DNA from: an uncultured Gammaproteobacteria bacterium
GTDB taxonomy: Bacteria > Patescibacteriota > Patescibacteriia > CAIXNZ01
Assembly (NCBI GenBank): GCA_964590345.1
Contig: CAZPVP010000002.1
Location: 9,945-73,944, forward strand
Direction of reading: 5' to 3'
Length of the DNA stretch: 64,000 nt
Shown here: piece by piece, positions 54,988-64,000 of the stretch
How positions within the stretch are numbered: position 1 is the first letter of the stretch
How the letters are laid out: each line of letters starts with the position of its first letter
Position numbers and translations under genes: made by a program
The notes under the pieces: generated by a model
The model's input: only the letters and a program-made list of their open reading frames with translations
What the model was told of the DNA's origin: nothing
Databases searched by the model: none

Positions 54988-55932
54988 ATGCCTGCCAAAT
55001 TAATTTCAATAATCATTCCGGTTTATAATGAGGAAAAAAATATTATCCTGCTTTATCGCGATTTGAAACAAATTCTGAATGAACAGAGGCATGATCATGA
55101 AATTATTTTTATTAACGACGGCAGCCAAGATAACTCCAGCCAAGAATTAACTAAAATCGCCAACGAGGATGAAAAAATAAGAATCATTGAATTCTCACGC
55201 AACTTTGGCAAGGAAGTCGCTCTAACAGCCGGGCTGCATCATTGTTTAGGCGATGCTTGTCTGATTTTAGACGCTGATTTGCAGCATCCGGTTGAATTAA
55301 TCCCTCAATTTTTAAACAAATGGGAACAAGGCAATGAAATTGTCATTGGCATCAGAAAAAAAACAAAAACCAACCCGGCAAAAAAAGTAGGCTCTTATTT
55401 TTTCTATAAAATTATGAAAAAAATTTCAGATACGGAAATCATGCCCAATTCCACTGATTACAGGCTTTTGGACAAGAAAGTAATCACCGAATTCAATAAA
55501 TTCACGGAAAAAAACCGGCTAACGCGCGGCTTGATTGACTGGCTGGGTTTTAAACGCGATTATATTTATTTTGAAGCCAAAGCCAGAGCCAATGGCCGGG
55601 CCAATTACAGTTTTTTAAAACTCTTTAGGCTGGCTTTGAATAGCATTGTTTCTTTGAGTTTATTCCCATTAAAATTGGCGGGGTATCTGGGCATTTTTAT
55701 CATGATAAGCTCTGGGCTGATCGGACTTTTCATTTTCATTGAAAAATATCTTTTGCACGATCCCTGGAACTTGAATTTTTCAGGGCCAGCAATTTTAGCT
55801 ATCATCATTTTATTTTTAGTCGGCATTATTTTAAGCTGTCTAGGATTAATTGCTTTGTATATTGCCAATATTCATGGCGAAGTGATTAATCGGCCGATTT
55901 ATGTCATTAGAAAAAAAGAAAATTTTCAATAA
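54988..55932 (+). CDS. GT2 polyprenyl-phosphate glycosyltransferase (GtrB/DPM1-like) with C-terminal TMs
   Basis: ISIIIPVYNEEKNI...INDGSQDNS...DADLQHP motifs plus 2 C-terminal TM helices. Confidence 0.8.
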   Translation: MPAKLISIIIPVYNEEKNIILLYRDLKQILNEQRHDHEIIFINDGSQDNSSQELTKIANEDEKIRIIEFSRNFGKEVALTAGLHHCLGDACLILDADLQHPVELIPQFLNKWEQGNEIVIGIRKKTKTNPAKKVGSYFFYKIMKKISDTEIMPNSTDYRLLDKKVITEFNKFTEKNRLTRGLIDWLGFKRDYIYFEAKARANGRANYSFLKLFRLALNSIVSLSLFPLKLAGYLGIFIMISSGLIGLFIFIEKYLLHDPWNLNFSGPAILAIIILFLVGIILSCLGLIALYIANIHGEVINRPIYVIRKKENFQ

Positions 55933-56067
55933 ATGCGGATCTGCTAATAAGACGAATCTACAAATTTTCCCCTTTTTACTCTTATTATCCTTTCCCCTAT
56001 ATTCCCCTTTTATAAATTGTAACTTTATAAAAACCTTATCTAACCTTATAACGATCCATATAAGCTT

Positions 56068-57060
56068 ATGATTTACACAAAAAAAATTAAATATAGCTTC
56101 ATTATTCCAGTTAAAGAAATCAACGATTATATTAGGGAATCCGTGCCGAAAATTCTGGAAATAAACAGGGATAATTTTGAAATTATAATTTATCCAGACA
56201 AAACCAGCGATGAAACTTGGCCCAAAACCAGACAAATCGCCACCGGTCATATTAGCCCGGCACAAAAAAGAAATCTGGCGCTCAGGGACGCCGACGGCGA
56301 AATTCTGATTTTTATTGATGATGATGCTTATCCGAAAAAAAACTTTTTGGACATTCTTGACCAAGACTTTAATTTGCCTCAAATTGCGGCTGTTGGCGGA
56401 CCGGCTTTGACTCCGCCGCATGATACCTTCTGGCAAAAAGTTTCCGGCGCTATATTTTTAAGTGCTTTAAGCGGCGGCTGCCCTGACAGATACGTTCCCA
56501 AGGGTTCAAAAAGATTTGTTGAAGATTGGCCAAGCGTCAACCTGTCAGTGCGCAAAAAATATTTTGGTCAAATCAATGGCTTTGACTGCGATTTTTGGCC
56601 CGGCGAAGATACAAAATTCTGTCTTGATTTAATTAATAAAACTCAGAGCAAACTTTTATATGACCCGGAATTAATTGTCTGGCATCACCGCCGCTCGGGT
56701 TTTTTTAAACATTTAAACCAAATTGCTGGCTATGGCCTGCATCGCGGTTTTTTTGCCAAAAAATTCCCCAAAACCTCATTTAAATTTAAATATTTTACTC
56801 CATCTTTTTTTCTGCTCTTTGTTATCAGCGGCGGAATTACCAGTTTTTTTTCATTTTTTGTTTTTAAAATCTATTTAATCGGCTGGCTAGCCTATATAGC
56901 CGCTTTGAGCAAAGCCGCTTTAGATATAAAAAAATACGAGAAAAACATACTGATCGTTTTAAATTCCCTTTATTTTATATTTTTCACTCACTTAGTTTAC
57001 GGTTTTAAGTTTATCCAAGGGTTTGTTTTTACTAATAATCTTAGAAGTAAATTAAGGTAA
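56068..57060 (+). CDS. glycosyltransferase family 2 with C-terminal membrane anchor
   Basis: SFIIPVKEINDYI ... IFIDDDAYP GT2-A fold motifs. Confidence 0.7.
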   Translation: MIYTKKIKYSFIIPVKEINDYIRESVPKILEINRDNFEIIIYPDKTSDETWPKTRQIATGHISPAQKRNLALRDADGEILIFIDDDAYPKKNFLDILDQDFNLPQIAAVGGPALTPPHDTFWQKVSGAIFLSALSGGCPDRYVPKGSKRFVEDWPSVNLSVRKKYFGQINGFDCDFWPGEDTKFCLDLINKTQSKLLYDPELIVWHHRRSGFFKHLNQIAGYGLHRGFFAKKFPKTSFKFKYFTPSFFLLFVISGGITSFFSFFVFKIYLIGWLAYIAALSKAALDIKKYEKNILIVLNSLYFIFFTHLVYGFKFIQGFVFTNNLRSKLR

Positions 57061-57091
57061 GCTCACGAATGAGCCAAAAAAACAAAAATTT

Positions 57092-58546
57092 ATGAAAATT
57101 GCCATTTCGTTTCCACCCATAGAATCAACCAAAGGCGTTCCGCTTTTAACCCAGAACCGCCAATTCCAATGGTTTAACAATCCCACTTATATTTATCCGG
57201 TCATACCGGCTTACGCCGCCACTTTATTAAAACAAAACAGCTATGAAATTTTTTGGGATGACGCTATTGCGGAAAATTTAAGCTATGAAAAATGGTTAAA
57301 GAGAATAATAACTGAAAAACCGGATCTGATCGCCATTGAAACAAAAACACCTGTCATAAAACGCCATTGGCAAATTATAAATGAGTTAAAAATTAAAAAT
57401 CCAAAATTTAAAATTGTTTTAATGGGCGATCATGTAACAGCACTACCCAATGAATCAATGTTAAATTCACAGGTTGATTTTGTTATTCAAGGCGGCGACT
57501 TTGATTTTATTCTTTTAAGCATCGCGAATCAACTTTCTGGCTGCGGTGAATTTGAAAACGGTGTCTGGTACCGCAAAAACCAGAAAATTAAAAACACCGG
57601 CTTATATAGTTTTCATGGGCATTCTCTAGACAATCTGCCTATGATTGACCGCAATTTAACCAAATGGCAGTTATACGCTTACAAAAACGGGAATTTTAAA
57701 TACCAACCCGGCGCTTACATGATGAGCGGCCGCGACTGCTGGTGGGGCAAATGCTCTTTTTGCTCATGGACAACACTTTTTCCGGGCCGTAGTTTTCGCG
57801 TCAGATCAGTTAAAAATGCGCTGGACGAAGTCGGGCATTTAATAAGCTCGGGCGTTAAAGAAATTATGGAAGATTCCGGCACTTTGCCTGTTGGCCGCTG
57901 GCTGGAAGAATTCTGCCATGGCTTAATTGCCCGCGGCTATAATAAAAAAATCAAAATTAGCTGCAATATGAGAATCAATGCTATAAAAAATTTAGAAACA
58001 TGGCGATTAATGAAACAAGCTGGTTTTCGCTTAATTTTATTCGGGTTAGAATCAGCCAACCAAAAAACTTTAAATCGCATTAATAAAAATCTCAAAGTGG
58101 AAGAAATTGAAAATAGCTTAAAATTATGCAAAATAGCCGGGCTTGAGCCTCATATCACGGCCATGATCGGTTATCCATGGGAAACAAAAAAGGACGCCCA
58201 AAAAACAATTTGTCTGGCCAAAAATTTATTTAAAAAGGGTTATATTGATACTTTGCAGGCCACTATTGTTATCCCCTATCCGGGCACCCCGCTTTATAAA
58301 TACTGCAAAAAAAACAACTTACTAAATTTCATTGATTATGATCGTTTTGATCAACGAGAACAAGTTATGAAATCAGAATTAACTACTAAAGATGTCAAAG
58401 AATTAAGCCAAGAACTTTATAAATCATTTATTACACCAAAATTTATATTTAAAAAAATTATTAATATCAAATCCTTTAATGATCTCAAATTTTTCTGGCG
58501 AGCTGGGCTTAAAATTTGGGGACATTTAACTGATTTTAGTAAATAA
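57092..58546 (+). CDS. B12-binding-domain radical SAM protein
   Basis: N-terminal B12-binding-like domain and the CWWGKCSFCSW Cys motif. 484 aa. Confidence 0.7.
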   Translation: MKIAISFPPIESTKGVPLLTQNRQFQWFNNPTYIYPVIPAYAATLLKQNSYEIFWDDAIAENLSYEKWLKRIITEKPDLIAIETKTPVIKRHWQIINELKIKNPKFKIVLMGDHVTALPNESMLNSQVDFVIQGGDFDFILLSIANQLSGCGEFENGVWYRKNQKIKNTGLYSFHGHSLDNLPMIDRNLTKWQLYAYKNGNFKYQPGAYMMSGRDCWWGKCSFCSWTTLFPGRSFRVRSVKNALDEVGHLISSGVKEIMEDSGTLPVGRWLEEFCHGLIARGYNKKIKISCNMRINAIKNLETWRLMKQAGFRLILFGLESANQKTLNRINKNLKVEEIENSLKLCKIAGLEPHITAMIGYPWETKKDAQKTICLAKNLFKKGYIDTLQATIVIPYPGTPLYKYCKKNNLLNFIDYDRFDQREQVMKSELTTKDVKELSQELYKSFITPKFIFKKIINIKSFNDLKFFWRAGLKIWGHLTDFSK

Positions 58547-58550
58547 TAAT

Positions 58551-59594
58551 ATGAATCAAAATAATAATTTGCCATCAATCAGTGTTTGTATGGCGACTTT
58601 AAATGCTGCCATTCCCTTAAAAGAATGCCTTCAGCGCTTGTTTAAACAAAATTATCCCGTAGACAAAATTGAATTAATTGTTGCTGATGGAGGCTCAACC
58701 GATCAAACCAGAGAATTAATAAAAAATTATGAAGGGCAAATTTTTGATAACACTTTAAAAACTGGAGAGGCTGGCAAAGCAGTGGCTGTTAAGCAAGCCA
58801 AAAATGATTTAATCCTAATTTTGGATTCTGATAATTATCTGCCTGAAAAAAATTGGCTAAAAAAAATGGTTAAGCCATTTCAAGATCCGGAAATTAAACT
58901 AGCCGAACCAATTGAATATACTTGGCGTAAACAAGGCGGTTATATTGAACGCTATTGTGCTTTAATCGGCATGAATGATCCGCTCTGTCTATTTTTAGGC
59001 AATTATGACCGCTGGAATCATTTAACTCAAAAATGGACAGAAGTTGCGCATCGGAAAATAGATCGGGGCGATTATTTAAAAATAGAACTAAATAAACAAG
59101 GAATACCAACAATTGGAGCTAATGGTACTATTTTCCGCCGGCAATTTTTACAAAATCAAAATATTAATGATTATTTATTTGATATTGATATTATTGCTCA
59201 GGAGATTCAAAAACACGATCAACTCTATATTGCTAAAGTTAAAATAGGCATTATCCATACTTTTTGTGAAAATGATTTTAAAAAATTCATTCGCAAACAA
59301 AAACGAAGAATCAAGGATTATATTTTTCACAAAAAGAACCAATCTAGGACATTTGACTGGGATAAATTTAATTTTGGTGGCAAGTCATCCATTGGCTTAT
59401 ATAAATTTATTATTTACACCTTATTAACATTCCCGCTTTTATTCCAAGCTCTAAAAGGTTTTATGAAAAAAAAAGATTTTGCCTGGTTTTTTCATGTTCC
59501 TGCCTGCTGGGTAACATTGCTTATTTATAGCTGGGGTAAATTAAGCGGTATTTTTTACCAAACAGAATTTAACAGAGATAAATGGTCACAATAA
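58551..59594 (+). CDS. glycosyltransferase family 2
   Basis: ISVCMATLNAAIPL...LIVADGGSTDQT motifs. Confidence 0.7.
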   Translation: MNQNNNLPSISVCMATLNAAIPLKECLQRLFKQNYPVDKIELIVADGGSTDQTRELIKNYEGQIFDNTLKTGEAGKAVAVKQAKNDLILILDSDNYLPEKNWLKKMVKPFQDPEIKLAEPIEYTWRKQGGYIERYCALIGMNDPLCLFLGNYDRWNHLTQKWTEVAHRKIDRGDYLKIELNKQGIPTIGANGTIFRRQFLQNQNINDYLFDIDIIAQEIQKHDQLYIAKVKIGIIHTFCENDFKKFIRKQKRRIKDYIFHKKNQSRTFDWDKFNFGGKSSIGLYKFIIYTLLTFPLLFQALKGFMKKKDFAWFFHVPACWVTLLIYSWGKLSGIFYQTEFNRDKWSQ

Positions 59595-59619
59595 AAATTA
59601 AATATTAATTAATTTAATT

Positions 59620-60636
59620 ATGTCTGATTTAAAATTTAGCATCTTAATCCCGACCTACAATGGCGCTGGTGTCATTACTGAAACATTAAAAAGCATTTTA
59701 AGTCAAAGCTTTACTAATTATGAAATTATTATTCAGGACGATGCTTCCAAAGATAATACTGAAAAAGCTATTAAAAAAATAAATGATTCGCGTATAAAAT
59801 TTTATAAAAATCGCAAAAATTTAAGTTATGCCGTTAATTTAGAGCAAGGGCGCAAAAATTGTACTGGCGAAATTATTTATTTAATGGGACAAGATGATAT
59901 TTTAGCCAAAGATGCTCTTTTGAATACTTATAACGCCTTTAAGATGTCTGATAAAATTGGCGCTGTTACACGTCCTTATTTTTGGTTTTTTAATGATATT
60001 CAAGAACCAGTTAGAGCGAAAAAACAACTTTATCCAGACCAAAACAAGGACGAAATTGTTAAAATTACTGATGATTTTAAAAGAGTTTTGGCTGTTTTTC
60101 GCACTTTAGATCAATTATCTGGCTTAGCTTATCGCGTTAAATATATGGATAAAGGCTTTCATTCTGATTGTTTTCCCTGTCATATTTATCCTTTTGCTTC
60201 AATTTTCAAAAAACATCCCATTGTTTTTCTTAAAGATTATAATATTGCTGTACGAATTCTAAGTAGCCAGACCAGATATATTTCTTCAATTTATGAAAAA
60301 TCACCAATGCTTAGCTGGGTGCAAATGTTTGATAATGTTTTTCATGAACCTCAATTTAAAAAATTCAAAAAGAAAATGATTAAAAATTTTGTAGCCACTA
60401 ATTATGTTGGTTTGGTCCAATTAAAAAATTATGCCCGTTATCAAGTTTTGCTGCGCGAAATTTTTTATCTTTTAAAATACCGGCGGCAAAATATTTTTAG
60501 CCCCCAGTTCTATTTTTTTAGCCTTGGCTGCGCCTTAACTCCAGCCTCAATTTTAATTCCCTTGGTTGATTTATATAAAAATAAAATAAATACTAAATTA
60601 ATTTCAAATATTAATTTTGATTATTCATATGAATAA
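59620..60636 (+). CDS. glycosyltransferase family 2
   Basis: FSILIPTYNGAGVI...IIIQDDASKDNT motifs. Confidence 0.7.
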   Translation: MSDLKFSILIPTYNGAGVITETLKSILSQSFTNYEIIIQDDASKDNTEKAIKKINDSRIKFYKNRKNLSYAVNLEQGRKNCTGEIIYLMGQDDILAKDALLNTYNAFKMSDKIGAVTRPYFWFFNDIQEPVRAKKQLYPDQNKDEIVKITDDFKRVLAVFRTLDQLSGLAYRVKYMDKGFHSDCFPCHIYPFASIFKKHPIVFLKDYNIAVRILSSQTRYISSIYEKSPMLSWVQMFDNVFHEPQFKKFKKKMIKNFVATNYVGLVQLKNYARYQVLLREIFYLLKYRRQNIFSPQFYFFSLGCALTPASILIPLVDLYKNKINTKLISNINFDYSYE

Positions 60637-61321
60637 ATTAATTTTCAAGCTGCACAATTCTTTAATTTGCAAAAAAATTTTTCATACTTTGAATTACTGC
60701 CTGCAACAAGAATTAAAAAATTGCCAAACTGTTTTAGATTTAGGCTGTGGGCCTGACTCACCTATCCAATTTTGCGCCAATATAAAATACAGCTTGGGGG
60801 TAGAAATTTTTAAGCCATATTTAACCCAATCCCAAAATAAAAAAATTCATTCTCAATATTTAAATCAAAAAATTGAAAATCTAAAATTTCCTGATAAAAG
60901 TTTTGATGCTGTAATCTTACTGGAAGTTTTGGAACATTTACCTGAAAAAACTGGCTTAGAAATTTTAAAAAAAGCTGAAAAATGGTCCCGCAAAAAAACA
61001 ATAATTTCTTCACCCAACGGTTTTATTAAGCAAGAAAAAATTGATAGCAATCCTCTACAAAAACATTTGTCGGGCTGGGATTACAAAAAAATGAAAAAGC
61101 TTGGCTTTAAAATCAAGGGGTTGGCTGGTTTAAAAATTCTACGCAAGGAAACTCAAGATAATACCATGGCAGCCAATTTATACAGTTCCATTAGATTTAA
61201 GCCAAAACTATTTTGGTTTTGCTTAGCCAGTTTGAGTCAACTATTTACATATTACTTCCCTCAATTAGCTTTTGAATTATTTAGTGTAAAAAACATCATT
61301 AATGATGAAAAATCTAATTAA
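60617..61321 (+). CDS. class I SAM-dependent methyltransferase
   Basis: VLDLGCGPDSP motif I. Confidence 0.6.
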   Translation: MIIHMNKLIFKLHNSLICKKIFHTLNYCLQQELKNCQTVLDLGCGPDSPIQFCANIKYSLGVEIFKPYLTQSQNKKIHSQYLNQKIENLKFPDKSFDAVILLEVLEHLPEKTGLEILKKAEKWSRKKTIISSPNGFIKQEKIDSNPLQKHLSGWDYKKMKKLGFKIKGLAGLKILRKETQDNTMAANLYSSIRFKPKLFWFCLASLSQLFTYYFPQLAFELFSVKNIINDEKSN

Positions 61322-62075
61322 AAATTACTTAATAAACAAGATGATTGTTTCATTTCATAAAAGTGAAGCTTTTATCAAAAATTTAATTGAAAAATATTGT
61401 CAAGATAAAAATAATTTAAAAATTTTGGATATTGGTTGTGGCGATTGCCAATTAACAAAATATTTTTTTAGTAATGTATATCAAAATAATGAAATCCATG
61501 GCTTAGATCTTAGTCCTGATTGTCAGGCAGATTTTATAATCTATCATCAGGCCGATCTTGAAAACACCAAACTACCTTTTACTAATCAATACTTTGATAT
61601 TGTTTTGATCAACCAAGTTATAGAGCACATTCTAAATAAGGACCAACTGGTTGCTGAATGCTATAGAATTTTAAAATTCAACGGATTTTTTATACTTGCA
61701 ACTGAAAATATTGCTTCCTTTGACAATATAATTTCATTAATTTTGGGCCAAGAGCCAATTAGCCAACATACTAGCAGCAGATTGCACACCAATTCATTTT
61801 TATCTCCTCATTTCATGAAAAAAATTGATCACCCTGATGGCAACAAATATGCACATAAAAATATTTGTTCTTATTATGGCCTACAAAGACTAGCGAGAAT
61901 TAATGGCTTTACTAATTTAAAAATCAAATCTTTTGGCAATATCTCAAATATATTAGAAAAACTATTTCCTATTCATAATCGCTTAATCCTAATTTATGGC
62001 TTTAAAAACCCTGCGACCGAAACTAATAACAATCAAACAAATCGTAAATTCCTGCAAAACAATGCAAATTTTTAA
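61302..62075 (+). CDS. class I SAM-dependent methyltransferase
   Basis: ILDIGCGDCQLT motif I. Confidence 0.6.
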   Translation: MMKNLIKNYLINKMIVSFHKSEAFIKNLIEKYCQDKNNLKILDIGCGDCQLTKYFFSNVYQNNEIHGLDLSPDCQADFIIYHQADLENTKLPFTNQYFDIVLINQVIEHILNKDQLVAECYRILKFNGFFILATENIASFDNIISLILGQEPISQHTSSRLHTNSFLSPHFMKKIDHPDGNKYAHKNICSYYGLQRLARINGFTNLKIKSFGNISNILEKLFPIHNRLILIYGFKNPATETNNNQTNRKFLQNNANF

Positions 62076-63699
62076 AAATAACCAACATTTATTGAAATTA
62101 AAAATTAATAATCAACAAATCCAAGAGATCCAAAATATTGCTATTGGCATTTATTCTCCTCTGAAAGGATTTTTAAATGAAGCTGATTTTTACAGCGTTA
62201 TTAACCGCATGCGTTTAAGTAATGGCTTAATTTGGCCAATGCCTATTATTTTAGATATTAATAATAAAACCAGACAGCAAATCAAAAATGAAAAACAAAT
62301 TATTTTAACCGCTCAAAATAATAAGCCTATTGCACTTTTGCAAAACATTCAAATATATAAATATGATAAAAATAATTTAGCTGAAAAAGTTTTTAGCACA
62401 TTAGACAAAAAACATCCTGGCGTGGCGGAAGTTTACAAAATGAATGATTACCTGCTTGGTGGTGAAATAAAAATTATTAATCAATTGCCCAAGATATTTC
62501 CAGCATATAATTTTACGCCAGCTCAAACTAAAAAAATATTCAAACAATTAGGTTGGCAAAAAATTGTTGCCTTTCAAACTCGCAACGTGCCGCATCGCGG
62601 ACATGAATTTCTGCAGCTACAAGCATTGAAATATGCTGACGGAATTTTTATCCAACCAGTTATTGGTCCTAAAAAAAATCAGGATTTTAAAGATGAATAT
62701 ATTATCAGCAGTTATCAAATTTTAATTGATAAATATTATCCTAAAAATAAAGCTCTTTTAGGGATTTTACCTTTAAAAATGAGATATGCTGGCCCGCGCG
62801 AAGCTCTTTGGCATGCTTTAATCAGAAAAAATTTTGGCTGTACTCATATTATTGTTGGCCGAGATCATGCTGGCATAGGCAATTATTATCATCCTTTCGC
62901 CGCACAAAAAATATTTAAACAATTCAAGCAGAAGGAACTGGGCATTAAAATTTTAAAATTTTCTGAAGTTGTTTTTAATAAAAAAAAGAAAGTTCATTGC
63001 TTTATTAATCAATGCTCTCCTAAAGAACAAATCCGCTTTAGCGGCAGTCAATTAAGAACTTTAATAAAAGCAAAAGAAAAACCTCCCGACTATTTAATCA
63101 GACCGGAAATTTATAATGTTTTAAATAATTCAGTTAATTTATTAGTTGACCATATGTATCATCAACAAAATAAAAACCAACAAGGCTTTGTTTTATGGTT
63201 TACAGGTTTATCACAAGCCGGCAAAACAACTATTGCTGACAAAACCTATCAAATTTTATTAAATAAAGGTTATCGCGCTGAACGATTGGATGGAGACATT
63301 GTGCGCGAATCATTAACTAAAGATTTAAAATTTTCTCCAAAAGACCGAGATGAAAATATAAAGCGCATCGGCTTTGTCGCTAATTTATTGAGCCGCAATA
63401 ATATTATTGTTATCGCTTCCTTTATCACGCCTTATCATAGACAAAGGCAAAAATTAAAAAAACAAGTCCACAATTATATTGAAATATTTGTTAATACCCC
63501 CCTGCAAATTTGCGAGCAAAGAGACAGCAAAAATTTATACGCCCAAGCCAGGGCTGGCAAAATTTCAAATTTTACTGGCATTTCTGATCCTTATGAAACT
63601 CCTCAAAATCCTGACATTGAAATTTTGCCAGCCCAAGAATCAGTTGAACAATGCGCTAAAAAAATTATTAATTACTTAAAACAAAAATCATTAATATGA
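62062..63699 (+). CDS. bifunctional sulfate adenylyltransferase / adenylylsulfate kinase (PAPS synthase)
   Basis: ATP-sulfurylase motif QTRNVPHRGHEFLQ and GRDHAG. C-terminal APS-kinase P-loop FTGLSQAGKTTIADK. The start is set at the internal MQIFKNN codon because the longer ORF overlaps the upstream gene by 80 bp. Confidence 0.85.
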   Translation: MQIFKNNQHLLKLKINNQQIQEIQNIAIGIYSPLKGFLNEADFYSVINRMRLSNGLIWPMPIILDINNKTRQQIKNEKQIILTAQNNKPIALLQNIQIYKYDKNNLAEKVFSTLDKKHPGVAEVYKMNDYLLGGEIKIINQLPKIFPAYNFTPAQTKKIFKQLGWQKIVAFQTRNVPHRGHEFLQLQALKYADGIFIQPVIGPKKNQDFKDEYIISSYQILIDKYYPKNKALLGILPLKMRYAGPREALWHALIRKNFGCTHIIVGRDHAGIGNYYHPFAAQKIFKQFKQKELGIKILKFSEVVFNKKKKVHCFINQCSPKEQIRFSGSQLRTLIKAKEKPPDYLIRPEIYNVLNNSVNLLVDHMYHQQNKNQQGFVLWFTGLSQAGKTTIADKTYQILLNKGYRAERLDGDIVRESLTKDLKFSPKDRDENIKRIGFVANLLSRNNIIVIASFITPYHRQRQKLKKQVHNYIEIFVNTPLQICEQRDSKNLYAQARAGKISNFTGISDPYETPQNPDIEILPAQESVEQCAKKIINYLKQKSLI

Positions 63700-64000
63700 A
63701 ACAAAATTTCCAAATTGATTTTATTGGTGTTGGCGCTGCTAAATCTGGCACTAGCTGGATAGCCCAATGCTTAAGAGAGCATCCTCAAATCCAATTCTCT
63801 TATACTAAAGAACTTGCTTTTTTTAACCGACAAAATGGTATTTATGACAAAAACCATCAATGGAATTATTTAAAAGGTTTACGCTGGTACCAAAAGCAAT
63901 TTCCCCAAAAACAAAATAATAAACTCATGGGTGAATTCTGCGTTAACTATCTTTATGATCAGCAAACGCCTTTTTTGATAAAAAAACATTTCCCCGATGT
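63696..64000 (+). CDS. sulfotransferase, 3'-truncated at window edge
   Basis: The ATG overlaps the upstream TGA (ATGA). 5'-PSB-like motif IGVGAAKSGTSW. Confidence 0.6.
   Translation, partial: MKQNFQIDFIGVGAAKSGTSWIAQCLREHPQIQFSYTKELAFFNRQNGIYDKNHQWNYLKGLRWYQKQFPQKQNNKLMGEFCVNYLYDQQTPFLIKKHFPD

Noticed and set aside
55846-56436. 196-aa minus-strand ORF
   Set aside because: It lies antisense across the junction of two well-supported GT2 genes, has low-complexity translation and no RBS. Judged spurious.

Overview
This is an AT-rich bacterial chromosomal segment that uses the standard genetic code (long ORFs end normally at TAA/TGA/TAG). It may be a Patescibacteria/CPR-like or other small-genome lineage; that is uncertain. 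The genes are compact and many overlap by 1-4 bp.

- 0-24 kb is housekeeping: tmk (5'-truncated), gatB, miaA, miaB, thrS with a T-box leader, dnaE, rtcB-archease, a PRTase, prs, guaA and yvcK. It ends with an SOS-type module: a radical-SAM DNA-repair pair next to lexA.
- 25.2-46.6 kb is a mosaic defense/accessory island bracketed by lexA and a second LexA-like gene. It holds an HTH-Panacea antitoxin with a MazF-like toxin that carries an in-frame stop, and a Cys-motif protein with a TcmP-like partner. It also holds a two-gene cargo flanked by duplicated 3' ends of a restriction-modification gene, a Type IIG RM enzyme, and a frameshifted DUF3800 gene. A BcgI-like Type IIB RM is split by a five-gene insert (DUF3800, NYN, HEPN-like, trypsin-like protease, hsdS-5'-like ORF). 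The second LexA-like repressor is translationally coupled to that RM.
- 46.7-53.1 kb holds a two-component system with an acyltransferase-rSAM/SPASM-methyltransferase trio embedded between the kinase and the regulator.
- 53.4-64 kb is a glycan biosynthesis cluster: flippase, four GT2 enzymes, a B12-radical SAM, two methyltransferases, a bifunctional PAPS synthase and a sulfotransferase.

No tRNA, rRNA or CRISPR array was found. Several repeat families and palindromic operators are reported, including a recurring TGTGGATAA 9-mer upstream of island genes.
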